This document shows positions 14,840 through 28,440 of a stretch of 64,000 nt of DNA, one piece after another (position 1 is the stretch's first letter; each line of letters opens with the position of its first letter). Position numbers and translations under genes: made by a program. Under the pieces are notes generated by a model. The model searched no databases. It was not told the DNA's origin and worked only from the letters and a program-made list of their open reading frames with translations. The DNA comes from Fimbriosthenelais zetlandica (lineage: Eukaryota), in contig OZ365109.1 of assembly GCA_977030845.1 (NCBI GenBank), forward strand, positions 60,016,001 through 60,080,000, given 5' to 3'.

Positions 14840-15060
14840 CTTACTTAATCTCATACAATAGACCGGGAGATCTATGACTATGCATTAGTTAAATCCTAAA
14901 AGGTTACATCTGCTTATGGCTATGATTCAATAATCCATAAATAGAAAAGCCGGATCTAATAGGATTATCCCCAAACACTGGGTGGATACTGGTTGGAATG
15001 GGAAGGCTAAATTATGTAGAGTATAATCCATCGTGTAGGGTAATCTCCCCGCGGAGCTAA
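14840..15060 (-). mobile_element. Possible decayed L1 ORF2 fragment (pre-RT region)
   Basis: Minus strand gives APRGDYPTRW (APGPDGYPAEW-like) and, about 55 codons later, SHRSPGLLYEIK (SYRPISLL-like). Multiple stops and frameshifts lie between them. Confidence 0.25.
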
Positions 15061-18000
15061 AATGTTATTCAAGAGTAATGGAATTAATTTTCATTCTTCA
15101 ACCACTAGGGAGAATCCTTGAATCGTGAAAACAGTACACGCTATTGTCTAACGGAGGCAACTAGTGAATTATATTCAACATTCTTTTCTCCTTCTCCGCC
15201 CTCGGTATTGCTGTAATGAAATGCTCTGCCGTGTGAAAGCCTTGAGCATCTCCTTTCAAAATGGGTGCGGATCAGAAGTCTGCAAGTTAATTTAAGTTTG
15301 TGTTTTAAGGATTCAATCTGAGATAACGGTTAAAAGTTGCGGATCATCCTGATAAATCATCCGGCGTTATCACAGAGTTCATTATCTGAGATTAGTTGGC
15401 TGAGAGATGCTGCAATTCCTAGTGTAATACCTTGGATATTAATGACAATCTTATCTGATTCCTCAATCCAATTCCTGAATATTTGCTTCATAGACTTATT
15501 TTTGTAACGATAACTGTCTCTATACTACACAACCAATCTATAACATAGCGTCTTATAACTCCATTATGTTTGTTATACATCTCAATTAGCATAAATAATT
15601 TATGTTCTGGTGATGATATATGTATACAGGAAAGCAACTTTATAAGCCATATCCGAACCTCCATACATTAAGACACTATTCAATAGTTATATTATTAGCA
15701 AGATCCTATTGTTATCCAGCATATTTTCTGTCATTGCTCTGGTGAAATATGGTTTAAAGCTTGAGTATGACACATAGACCACAAACCATAGCTTTTGTGC
15801 ATATATTTAGTGAATACATCCTCTACGTCTGTATTAAATGGTGGTTCACACGGTCCCAGTGGTAAGGAACATAGAGAGGGAGGTGTACTGGGTTATAAGT
15901 TATACTTATAATGCACTTGTCATATATTCGATGTGCACAGCAGTGATGTAATCAATAGGATCTAATCTACAACAATGCCTCTATTCGGAGCGATCCCATT
16001 GATCCCAGCCAAACCCTGGATTCAATGGTGAGCCATGTATAGAATACATAACATCTATAGTAAGTGGCTGGTATATAAGAGATCAATGGCCGAGTTCAAA
16101 TACTTGGATCTCACATATATATTCAGACCAATGCGCATCAATAGCGTTCCGAGTATATTAGCGGCAATGTTTGGCTCGCGAGAAAATGTTCCATGCAAAG
16201 TAACTGAGGCTTTAAAGATGGGCTCAACATCAATTAAGGTATAGATTGATATCTACTTAAGTGCCTATTGATCCATGCGAGCCGGTACAGGTAGAAAACC
16301 ATTGGACAGATGAGGGGAAATGGTAACTTAAGAGCTTATATATATATGTACCTACTCTATCGGTTACTTGTACTTTAAAACCTCTGTGTTATCTACACTA
16401 TGGTGAGCTAGAGTAGGATAAATACAAAGATGATAGGAGCTATATTTTTATCCCTATAGCTTCCGTTTCTCGCAGACATACTTTGTTTTATACAACCAGG
16501 AAGTGAAGCATAGGATTTGACAGGTGAAAATGGCAGAGTAAAAATTGCTACGTAAGGTATTCTTTCTATACCACTAACTGCGACCATTATACAACTGCAT
16601 CAAGTGGTGTACACAAATTATTCTAAATTGCAGATTATCTGGATTTTTATACGGAAGTTATGAGAAAGTGCACTATAATATCAAATAGCAATACAAAACT
16701 GTCTAGCAAATATAATCCTTAATTCATACGAATGCATGCCAAGGATAACTTTTCATTGGTAATATTATCAAGTACAGCATATTACCAAGAGAGCAAAGAG
16801 ATGACAGAGATTATCAAATGAACTAAGAGGGGTGCAGCATCAGTCTGGGCTGAAAATGTCAAACAAAACCTGCAAAATATTGCAAAGCAGCGTTGAACAC
16901 ATTTTCTCCACTTCAAGCAAGATGCTGAAGACTTATCTTGAGGCATTGTTAACCGGCTGATGTATAGGCTCGTGTTAACCCCCACCCTTGTCACCCAACC
17001 CCTTCATTTACATCACCCAACCTCAACTAGAGTAATGAAGTCCTATCTCTAGCCAGGCCCCCATCCGTGTCTTATCACTGACCTGACTGGACTCTACTGA
17101 CCTCACCTCTCCTCCCCAACTGCCCCTACATATACCAATAACAATTTAATTAAAGGGCCTGGCAATCGCCCGCCTGGGAATGGTCGGTCAGATCTGAAAT
17201 GCTGTGGTGGAAAGAGTTGTTGAGATCTATTCCTATTCACGTGGGAGAAGGGAGTAGCAAGGTTGGACTCATAAACCACTAATCATGTCCCTAGTCTACA
17301 GGGATCACACACATGGTGCTCCGCTCACACCTGGGATCGCAGACATTATAGAAATGATAACAGGTCCTGAATATTTCCCATATTTTTATGTCTCCTATGG
17401 CCTCCCAGTTGTGTGTCTTCAGAGTTTTCTGCAGAAAGCAGAATGCCTTTAGAAAGTACATTCCATAACCAAAATCACATAAATTGTTAACACTTTTAAG
17501 AACAACTTTCCCATCAAAATTGCTCGACCTGCACACACTTTATTTTTTTGTGCTGGAATACTGAAATACATGTACTAAATTCAGCTGCACTTAATGGCTG
17601 GAGTACTTTAGTATTGGGTATGTTAGTGGTTTAATTGTAACCCAAATCTCTAGGGATTTACCTAATACAAACGATATGTTATATCCAGTGTTGATCCTTG
17701 CAACGTTGGGACACAAAACAAAGACAAAATAGGGCAGCACAAATACTATGTACACATACACTTGTTCGAGATGATCCTTGCCAAAGCATCAGCCCATTTA
17801 GAGATGTTTACATGTAGAAATAGGTATCAACTCTTCATACCTTTTGAAATATCAGCTTCTCTTTTAAAATGCCCCCCTCCTCAATATGTAAACGACTTCT
17901 ACAACTAAAATCGTGGTATGGACGTTAAAATTGCAACGGGTTCCGTTTTATAACAAATATGTGACAGCATGGACATGCAAAGGTTATTTTGTAAGAGGAT

Positions 18001-19719
18001 ATCAAACCCCCAAAAAAATAACGTTTACTGGTAAATGGATAATTATTGTAACAGGTGAGTGTGTCCATAGACAAAGATAGAGGATCAGTCCAGTATAGAA
18101 GCACGCAACCCCCTGCATGTCTCATATATAGCCCTATTAACAGAACAGTTAAAGATCAAATGGAAATGAGAGGTATTGTTAACAACACACATTCCCTCTA
18201 TCTCCTTAGATATCTGCAAACACAAGTTGCCCTGGGGGCATTTAGCTGTTAATAGGTACATTGGATGAAAGTGCACACATTATAGTACAGTATTTAAGCA
18301 ATTGCCCACAAGGGTAATCCACGTGTTGTTACTTGACCATTTTGAGAGGATAGATTGAATTGACAAGAGCCCTTGCTAGTCTCTTGAAACAGCACCCAGA
18401 TTGAACTGGCCGTGTTTAGAACGCACACAGATTTACTGGGATCTTTTTCCTCCTTTGTTCTCTCTTGAAAAATCCCCTGCAGCTATTTAAACCCCGATTC
18501 GCCAAGACCATCAGATTAATCATGGATTTCATTAGATTTTCCGCTTTTTTTGTCATTTTAATGGTGAAATTGGAGCCATAATTGTTAAGATTGCAATTAA
18601 GATGAGCCTCGACTGTTGTGAGGATGTGGTAAATGAAGAGCAATATAAGTGACTGAGGTACATGATTTAGTGGAGAATAGCGAGAGCTGTGGGGAGCACT
18701 ATATAAATGGCTGTTGACCACCCTTATACTGCAGTGGTCATTCTCATGCTAAGTGATTGTGGTGTGAATTCTACAAGGGTGCCACTTTAAGCTGTTAAGT
18801 CTAGTATAGGACGCCTGAGAGGTTGCTTAATGGTCAAGGACAAGCTTGTCCACAGGTGTGAAGAAACGGGCGAGTGGACAGTGACTGCTCACTATGTATA
18901 CTGTCTGCCAATTGACCACTGCAAGGCTAGCTGGACAGGGCTCATTATATAGGCTCGTGCCTCCAGAAGGGTCATATAGTTTGCTTGGGGGAGGTGTATG
19001 GAGATGGTACAACTGTTTCTTAATAGGTCATTATCGATATAGTCAACCCCCCTTAAAACGTTACTCAGAAGAGTAGACTTCTTGGTAATTCCATTCATTA
19101 TTATCTCAGTTTCCGGAAATGAGTATGAGGTATCAATAGATAATGGGGGAAAAAAACTTGTGGCTGCACCAACTAAATTCATGTTGATGGAAAAAGAGAA
19201 AATAAAATGGCATGATGGATGTGGGGAAAAAACTGAAATTCCCTGACAATTGGCATCTCTGTGAGATATAGTTTTATTCTTGTTTCGTGTCGCAGAAACA
19301 AATTTGAGCTGATTAAATCTCAATATCAGCCCAAGCAGAATGAAATCTAAGCCATGGTGTGACCTTTCTTGTAAACTATTGAAATCTCGATTACTGATGA
19401 ATTATTTCTATACTGCAATACAGAAAGATAGACGTGAGATCCCAAAGTAGAGAGAGTTGATCTATCTGTTGTGTTTACCTCGAATTTACAGTACATCCCA
19501 TTCCCTCCGCCCATCTAGACACAATCTTGATTGCTTTTCAATGTAAGTCACTGACAAGGAGGAGATTTCAGCTTAGATCTGTCTCCCCATATAAGTGATG
19601 GGCTCTGCTGTGGATCTCTGTGCCCGTATAGGGATGAATTCTCAGCACCTCATTTTTCTAGGACTTAACATGGGCATCCAAATCTGCAAGTGGCAAATGG
19701 AAAAGATATGGGGATTGAT

Positions 19720-19905
19720 TCTAAAATTGATTCCTTCCAGATATGTACTGTAACCCATCGCCGAGTCCGAGGGCAAAACGGTGGAGTACATGAGGAGTGG
19801 AATTGATGTTTGGGATGAGGATCTCGCTGGGCGGATCCCAAAGCAGTTCATCTCCAACTTTCCCTCTTTCACACAATTTTACTAGTATAGCTTTTATGTT
19901 GTCGT
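19720..19905 (-). mobile_element. Decayed Ty3/Gypsy integrase core fragment
   Basis: NIKAILVKLCE (TLKAMLRK-like) followed, after a frameshift, by IPLLMYSTVLPSDSAMGYSTYLEGINFR (LPLLLFAYRxxPxxSTGYSPFELLFGR-like; ORF 19642..19872). Confidence 0.4.
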
Positions 19906-21079
19906 GTATGCCTTAAAAGAAATGGAAATACCCAAAATAACCGAGTTCCAAGAAATATGGGCGTTCCACAGAGATAACTATGCAGAGTTGACAAAGCATC
20001 AAGATGCAAGTAGCTCAAAAGGCTGGAGCAAACTGTACAAATTCATAAGTATGTAGTCCTTTTGTCTTAATCTGCCCTTTCTAGAATTTAGATAAAATAT
20101 TTGGTCCATGTTGTCTTTTGATACCTTTCCATCGGAGGCAATATTTAAATGAATTATTCTCCTGCAAAACAACCTTATGTAATTCAGTCAGGATTTTTTT
20201 TCTGTTGTTTAAAATAAATTTACCAAACGCAGAGCTTAAGATTTGCAAAAAATGGATGAGACAGAAGTGCAATTAGGAGAGCATCTGGGTTCTTTAATTA
20301 GCTATGCCATTGCATCAGAGCAGAATAAATTAAACGGGATGATCCAGAGGCACACGTCAAAGGATTAAGGAACCCTTAGGTGTCCGACAAATAGGAGTAA
20401 ATAAGACCAAGAGAGAAATGAGCAGATCGAAAATATCGATGTGTAATCCATCGTGAGTGGGGGAAGCGGTGATAACCCTGAATATAAAAGTAATGGGTTT
20501 TAGGGAGCTGCGGGCCTTTCCCATTCCCCACCCAGCACATCCTTCCTCCAATTCCCATATATCAGCCCCAAGCGTGGAATGGAGGGAATACAGTCTCCCT
20601 ATCCCCTCCCCCAAACCACCCTCCCCAATCTCCCAACACAACATAAATCTCTTCATAAGAGATGCCATGTTTAATATTGCCTCAGCCTGGCAGGCTAATT
20701 AAGTTAGATGAACTGGGCTGCAACTAGTTTCTAATAAACCCAGAAAGTATGTGCCAGAGAAGTGCATGTGCGGTCTTTGGATTGGCATTAAGTTGGAGAT
20801 AAATGTGATATTTGCTGGTGGATATAGCATGTTAGTAGTGGGTAAGGCATACTCTTGCCCCTTCTCCTTCGCCCCGTCCCGGACGGTATCATTTGTTTTC
20901 GCTAGTGTCCACAGACTCGCCAGATAGCCTTCAGAGGACATTGGCATGCAAACGGGCCTCCTCTGAACCCTCGGCAAATAGCGCCAAAGGAATACAAATT
21001 CACAGGCCACATGCCTGATTCAATTTATTTCCCACAGTTATATTCTCAGCAGTGACCTATGATAGATATCCAAGGCAAG

Positions 21080-21567
21080 ATATCTCTCTCCTTTTCTCCT
21101 TGCCTCCCACTATCTCCCATTCCTCAGTTTATCTCTCTAATATCAATTTGCCATGCAGCCCCTTATATTACTACTCATCAGTCTTTATAGGTTTGTTAAC
21201 TCCATTGAATTAATGCCATATATTTCTCTTTTCCACATTTGATTCATTTGCTGTTTTCTTCCCTGTAGTCTCTACGCTTCCCTGTAGTCTCCAATTATCC
21301 ATTTCCATCTCTCACTAGCTGCATAGATTACCAATTTCAAAGAACTTGTTCACTCTGTTATCTGCCTGTCTCGAGCAAGATATCCCCTCTTGTTTGCTAC
21401 CACTTCCTAATCCTGTCCATCTTATCTCATCCTGCCATTTCTTCCTTTGTCTTGACCACAGTAATCCACTTCCTCATCTCTCATCAATTCTTTAACCCCT
21501 GATTCTCTCCCTATCTCCCCTTACCGTCCATTCTCTCCTTCCCTCTCTCTCCTCCTTCCTCATCCAG
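21080..21567 (+). repeat. Pyrimidine-rich (CT-rich) low-complexity tract
   Basis: Strong C/T bias on the plus strand, ending in ...TTCTCTCCTTCCCTCTCTCTCCTCCTTCCTCATCCAG. Includes a 15-nt direct repeat CTTCCCTGTAGTCTC (two copies, ~21260-21292). Confidence 0.7.
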
Positions 21568-22034
21568 TGTCAAGGGCATCATATGAGAATCCTACATCCA
21601 TGATGCTTGCTTCGCACCAACGCTGTCCAACATTTCATAATCTGTTATATCTGCTATCGGTGCAGGCTTGCCAGCCCAGGCCCTCTCCCAATCTGACACT
21701 GGAATCTTGCTCCCGTGAGATGGCTGCTTAGCAGGCCCAACAAGGGCAATGGTGCTTGGAGAAATGGTGTCTTCCCTATCACCTTCCCCCACACTCCCGC
21801 ACATTATCCTGTTTTCCACATACCGTAATTTATTGCGTTCCTCGGTCATTTACCACGTGTCCTTACTCCATGGTCACTAAATATTATAGGATCAACAACT
21901 GTGGACTTAATGTAGTTGGCACAGAAACGTGTAAAGTGTTACAGTTTATGACGTGCCGTGTGTGGCAGGGGGTGGGGGGTGGTTTCTTGGAATAATGTTC
22001 TCACCCAAACAATTTATAGGGGTCTTAACCATAT

Positions 22035-22188
22035 GACCATGATCTTGGCACTTTCAGACCATGATCTTACCACATACAGACGATGATCTTGGCACCTTCA
22101 GACCATGATCTTACCACATTCAGACCATGATCTTATCACATTCAGACGATGATCTTGGCACTTTCAGACCATGATCTTACCACTTTCA
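22035..22188. repeat. Minisatellite, 7 x 22-bp units (consensus GACCATGATCTT[GG/AC]CAC[T/A]TTCA)
   Basis: Units start at 22035, 22057, 22079, 22101, 22123, 22145 and 22167. They are head-to-tail with no spacers and have two variant types. Confidence 0.97.
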
Positions 22189-24639
22189 AACTTCCTGACT
22201 CCTCCCCTAGCACCAGTGAACTCTGAATAGGCTTACTTACGTCCCATCATTTCTTGGGTTCTCAGTCGTTTCCCTAGAAATTATTATACAGCTTACAGGG
22301 TCAGCACAGACCTGAGACAATAGGATGAACAGAATCCCAAGTATAATAGCCAACCTAATGATACTGCCAATTGCTGAGGTCCGATTCACCGCCAACAGGG
22401 AGGTGATTACAGTCCAACATGACAAATATTGTCTCATTAGAGTTTGGACAGAATTGCTTTAATCTGTTTCACATGCAAATATCCCATACGAGTAGATGCT
22501 ATCGTGACTGATAGTCCCCACGGACAACAATTATAATTCCCTTGCACCTATAGATTGTATCATATAGGATTATTTACATTATATAGGAAATGGCACATTA
22601 TAGGGCACTATCACATACAGGGGGTGGGATTATCAAATGCATGGACCCCACCATCAATATTTCCTGTTAAATCACCTCCCGCCTCAATCCATCATATCGG
22701 GGCAAGCAATCAGTTAAATCAACATGGAAGTGTCTACAGCAGTCTTTCTGCTATCCCAATTCTCGGGATGTTGCCATTTAAATATTGCATGAGGTGTTTC
22801 ACAACCATGGCCTAGCCTGTAAATGACTTGGAATAGCTTGTGCTCAGTCCCGGCCATAGATACAATACATACACAGACTATAAGCTATCAAAATAATAAC
22901 CTGGCCGACACGGGAATACCCATGCTAAATCGGAGGCTGGCACGAGAGCTGGGGAGGATAGGAGGATGGTGAATAGAAGAGGTGGTCCCCTCTATAGCCC
23001 TGTTTAGTCGGGAATGTCCAGAGTGCGTGATGTCCCATTGTGAGGAGACACGGTGGCCAATATCTGTGTATTTACAGGGCACGGACATTCCAGAGCTCCC
23101 ACGGGGTGCCCTCACTCCATGCAAATTGACATTGATGACACTCGCTCATTACCCGCACCCTAAGAGGCACCTTGGTAATGATAATAAGTTTGCTACTTCT
23201 CTCTTTCCAATCCCAAGCCCCACTTCTCCCCTGCACTCACGGAAGCACCCATCACCTATTCTACCCCCAATCCCCATTCTCTCATCCCAGTTTCCCCCGT
23301 GGGGAACATCCAAGTTGGCTGACTCAGGAGCAAGCCTCCAACTCCTGACCCTGACCGACCCCTGCCGTAAACAAAATCTTATCTGGCCTCAAGGCCAGAA
23401 TGAAATATCTACAGGCTGATGCTAATGTTATGTCCTTCTCCCTGGCTTTGACAGCATGATCCATAGACTTGCGTTTGCTGCCAATTGCCATGCATTCCAC
23501 TCTACCAGAGGCAGACCTAATGCCAGGCATTGGCAGTGAGCACCATATGGTATTCTACACTTAATTAAATAAAGAGAAGATAGGGTACATGAGGTATTAT
23601 CCCTGGTCCACCCACTATGTTGTAATCTCAAGGGATTGCATAAACCCCCAATAGTGTTGGGTTTGACTTTACATCCGATTCACTGATTCACAGCCATAAT
23701 CACCTCCTGAAAGGGGATGATGCCCAATGTTTTATAAAGGGAGCTGTTTCCATAAAATCCGTGCTTAACTTAAGGTCAATGATTGCTTATAAGCCAACCT
23801 TCTTTAGGAAACAGCCCCGCCCCCGAGCTTTCAGAAATAGAGCAGTTGGAAGTACTCCCAGAATATGATGAATGCACTCATCAGAGTCACCATCTCAGTA
23901 ATCCTGTCACGACTCCACGGAATGTGGTCTAAAGCCAGCTCAAGTAAATAATAGACCAGAAACGACGGATTAGGAGGCAGATGTGTGTCGCTCTGCATTT
24001 GGAAATGAAAACTAATCAGTTGAGGATTAGAGTAAAGTAATTGGTACCATCAGAACCCATACAGATTTAACTCTTCTGCCTTTAACAACTGTAATGTATG
24101 GAGGAAACAGAGGTGGACAAACTTATTCCAGTTTGTTCGGAGCAATGCGTGTTGTTTCGTTATCAATCCATCAGATGAAATTGGTCCTAAAAGTGGAGAT
24201 AATTTATGAAGATGGATCTGATCTGGATCTGGGATAAGGTTAGGTTGTAATAGGAAGAGGAAGACATAAGACATAGCTTTTAAAAATAGCGTCTAAGGAT
24301 CTTTTTTTCACTGGTTTCTCTGTCATTTATACACAGTCGGTTTAGCCGGACGCCAGCAAGGGGTCGGGTTCTTATCTATGACGCGTGTATCAAGCCACTT
24401 GGCCGTGTGATCCTCAAGGATGAACTGCCAAGCCTCTGAGGATTGATAGACTTGTTGTGGTGAATTTAAAAGAGGATTATGCCATCTTCTTACCACGAGC
24501 CAAGTCGGAGGGGGTCATTTTGATTCCTGGGTGACGCCCTTACATGCCAATCTGAGCAATAAATGTTTCACTTGTACTAAAAGAGGCAATTCATACCAGG
24601 GATTTATATATAACATCCCTTATAGATTTTTAGATTAGG

Positions 24640-25320
24640 TTTCCCTATGCTGCCTTTATATACAGGAATTCAGTGTTGGCCTTTGAACACACATGAAAAG
24701 GATCTAGGCAATAGACAATTATATCCCCTAGTTCATCAGATGCTACTTTTTCAACTGATTCGGGGAGGAATGCACAGAAGAGGTATACATATTTAATACT
24801 GTAACAGGTACATTTACCTCTATATAGGAAACAGTGGAGAGAGTGCAACATTTATGTGTATTTAATGGTGATATAAAGCCAGACAAGCACACGCCATTTC
24901 TTGATGTTCATTTGTCTATCCTATATTGATGCTGCGTCTAAAGCACCTTCCACTTCAGGGCAAGATAAACTTCTGAAACTTTCATCCCGTCGAAGGATAA
25001 TAACGATAATGAAGTCTCAAGTCTCTGATTGATGAAATATTCTTATACCATGGAATATTCTTATTACATGTTACAGTAATATTTTGTTTTCATCGAGTCA
25101 ATAGTCTAGATTCTAGCTTCCATTCCCAGAGCCAAGAAGAAAAGGAGTGAAGCTATTGCCTTGGCGATCGATATTTTCTCGAGAATAAACCTTATCGACT
25201 GGCAGTGGGCGACTCCTACTGGGATCGATTGTGTCAGAATATAACACTTTTAACGTTGGTATAATTATCCATCTTAACCTCACGACTTGAATAGCACTTT
25301 ATAAAACCAATACCTGCCTG
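24640..25320 (-). mobile_element. Decayed L1-clade LINE reverse transcriptase fragment
   Basis: In order on the minus strand: GIGFIK..DN (QTGFIxGR..DN-like), LEKI-DR (AEKAFDR-like), LSPLFPI at ~24843 (PLSPLLF-like), and about 40 codons later ELGDIIVYCLDP (LYADDILLYLSDP-like; ORF 24645..24851). The spacing between the second and third motifs is too long, implying an insertion or a chance match. Confidence 0.4.
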
Positions 25321-28077
25321 TTTAGATCTCTTAAATATGAAGCCAGTCGGTATAACAGAAATTAGACTGCAATAGCCTTTTCATGACTGCACAATATTAT
25401 ACCGATATCTTCGATTTCAGAGATGTTTTCCTATGAAAGTGTATACGTTTCAGGAGTGGAATCGTAAGGTTATATGTACCATGTTAAGTATGTCTGACAT
25501 TAGTATAATAGTAATATTATTATGAATGTTCTTCGATCCTCGGAGGGAGTTGGTCACATTTTTATATACATTTATTGTCCACTTCATGTGTTTTAATCAT
25601 GAGGAACCATTTCAAACGTCATCAAATGATATTATCAATCTTTGTACTTTTAGAACCATTACCAGAGACATACATGTATCATCCTCATTTCCCACAACTA
25701 TACTATGGTAACAAGATTCAAAAACAGTCGATGAAGTCTATACTGGCTAGCTGTATATGTCTAGAAAGCTAGGATCTAAATAATCAGTTATTGCCTTAAT
25801 AGCATTAGATGTGAACTCTTCACATTCCCAAGATGAGATGTGTTAGATAGGCTGAGATTGCTTCTTTGCATAGAGTGAGGAGACTCTTTTTCTCTCTTAA
25901 CGCATAGATTGTTGCACAGCTGTGTTTTAAATTAAGTCGGCTTCTGCAGGCAAACAAATTTAATCCCCGGTAGGCTGGTGGGACGCCTGGTTTAATACTT
26001 CAATGGATGTACCATTGAGGAGTTTGCGTGTTGCATGAACTAATCCGAAGCATTTTTCTTTTGTCTGCTTGCATTTTTTTGTAATTTTCCATTTCGCTTT
26101 AAACTCACACTTCATCTGTTATTGCAATCTTTCTTCACATCCACATTAATTTGGTGGTCATCATTTATGGAGCCAATCTCTGACACAAGTCGTTGAATTG
26201 TGAGCAGACATGGGGCCTTGAAAATCGATTTACCCTCGTGGGGATATTGAATTTTTCAAGTGCAAATGAGTTTTCAAGCATACACACTTGACATGATAGA
26301 CAATCTAACAGTCAACGTTGCATGATATTTTTTTCTCAGCAGGGTGTTGTACCATCCAGATCAAATTTATTGGAAATGTATCCGAAGCGAGGAATGTTTT
26401 CAAAATTCCATTAGGTGTACCACCAGTGTTCGAATAGTTTAGATTATTTCAGAAGCATTTATACTTCCATTGGGAATGGGGGAATCGATCAATTACTGCA
26501 TAGTAATCTTTAAGTGGTGACCTTTGGGATCATAGCTTCTGTAACTGATTGAGGTGGAACTCAATTAATCACCTGGTAAAATTAATTTAAGGGGAAAAAA
26601 TCCACGAGTGGCGAATGCATGATAGAAATATTGAGATCAGTCAGTTCGCAGTGTAAGTCTCTAATAAGAGAATATAGCAATGTTTGATATAAGAACTCGT
26701 GTTTAAGTTTGGGGTTTCGAGGCCGAGACCCTAAATTCCATAGGCCATGAATCCCAATTTGAATAGACCTGTATAGTGCACAGAAAAAGGGGTTAGAGTA
26801 TTAATGTAATTATTTCAAATTGCGGACAGTCTTGTTGTAACTAATGTCATTTTGTATGTTAATAATTCAGTAGTTGACACTCTATATATGTATATATGTA
26901 TGGGCTAGGGGCAGTGTTGGGGGTACCTGCGGACTGCGACATATATCACGCCCTTATAATGTATGAGACTGAATCTCTTTAGGAGTTGAGCAACAAGCCC
27001 AACACCAAGGTGCACTTTAAACATTGATGACCGTGACAGGATAGAGCTGGCAAACTAAGTAGATTCCTTCCTTTGAGCGATTACCTACCTACTCGGTATA
27101 CATAAACAGTTTGGTCCTTGCCATATATTAGTGTCTTGACTCGTCCATATACCAAAATCAAGCACCTGCCCACTTGGGAGATTCACCAAACCTTTGATTT
27201 TGAAATAAATACAAGCCAAACCCGAAAAAGGATGATGAGGGGAAATGTCAGGGAGAGGGAAACATGTGAGGTGTGGAGTAGAAACGGGAATGGAATGTCT
27301 GCTCTAATTTTGAGCTCATTCGTTAGAGGCCAGCCTTCCCTTTGCAGGCTTGAGTCAAGGGATTTAAACCACGAGGCTTCCCGCGCAGTCTGCCCTTAGC
27401 CAAGAAGGCTCAAGCGGCTAATGCTTCGCAATCAGATAGATCAAGAAGATCAGGATTTCATGGTCCTATATCAGACCTAATGACTCTCCTTTTACAATTG
27501 GCTTGTTTCCTTGCTTACTAGACACGCAATGCTCGCTACCAAACCAGTGGTAGTAATTAGGGTCAAGTTGGTAAAAGGATATACAGCAAAAAAGGACATC
27601 AATTAGGGTGTCTTAACCATTCAGCGGGAGAACCCAATTTTTATGCTTCTATATTCAATGGTAATACATCCTAGTGGCTTGCCTTACTTATTTTCCAGGG
27701 AATATGTACATAACTCTTGAGTTAAAATGTAGGATCATATGTACTAAAACATCCATCTAGTTAGGGGTGGGTGTAGTCAGAGATAACCAGTGCATCAGGG
27801 GGCCTAAGGAGACATTCATTTCAGCCAATCAGCATCACGCACCTGCGATTGCCCGGGACGAGCTCTGAGCTCTATGCTTGAGCCAATGGCAGCTTGGCTC
27901 GTGCACGAGTGCATTGGGCCTTGCATAGTGGTGGCATCAGCGGTAAATACCTGGCAAGAGAATGACCAGTAGGGCCCAAGAGGAGGTCATTGGTGATTCC
28001 GGAAGGGATTCAGGCCATCCCTGATCCTAGGATCAAAATGTCAGGGAGGGATTGAAGATGGAGACTCCTCCACATGG

Positions 28078-28440
28078 GTCCCATGCACCTATTGACTGCA
28101 GGCCCACGGCCAAGGACTGACATTGAACCCAAGGGACAGTAGCGTTGAAGGTCGGAGGTCCCATTGGGCAGGCTGACACATAAAACCAGTCCCTGTATAC
28201 AGAAGGTGAATTCTGGAGTTCCATAGGTGACCAGGGAAGTCACATGTACTTAGTCAGTTAATCCCATATTGAGGGACGGTGCCCGATTTCTCCACCGACC
28301 ACAGCACATAATAAATGAAGCCAGTTTTCCCTTTGTGTCTACAATGGAACCGTGGCTGGAATGATTCGCTATATATTGTGTATACCCCATAATGAATATA
28401 CCCAGTGCTCTGAATACATGAGGTGCCACCGATGGCACGA
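28078..28440 (-). mobile_element. Possible decayed DIRS1-type retrotransposon RT/RNase H linker fragment
   Basis: SVAPHVFRALGIFIMGY (APRVFTK...GIxIxxYLDD-like, compressed) followed by TFNATVPWVQCQSLAVGLQSIGAWD (TIEAVPWAQxHxRxLQxxILxxWD-like). Confidence 0.35.

Noticed and set aside
18051-18060. CAG|GTGAGT as another recursive site or exon end
   Set aside because: Perfect donor, but no pyrimidine tract before the AG and no convincing upstream acceptor.
22035-22188. CRISPR array interpretation of the tandem repeat
   Set aside because: Units are contiguous 22-mers with no unique spacers, there are no cas genes, and the context is eukaryotic.
23310-23350. LADSGAS as a retroviral-type aspartic protease active site
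   Set aside because: A five-residue match is expected by chance in a window this size, and there are no supporting protease or gag motifs nearby.
26320-26420. NAGNAG acceptor (TTTTTTTCTCAG|CAG) as an exon start
   Set aside because: Only a weak downstream donor (TAG|GTGTAC) and no recognisable peptide.
26706-26737. 14-bp hairpin with three G-U pairs (a similar 11-bp hairpin lies at 44141-44166)
   Set aside because: A few such stems are expected by chance in 64 kb; no miRNA-length arm, terminator U-tract or known ncRNA motif.
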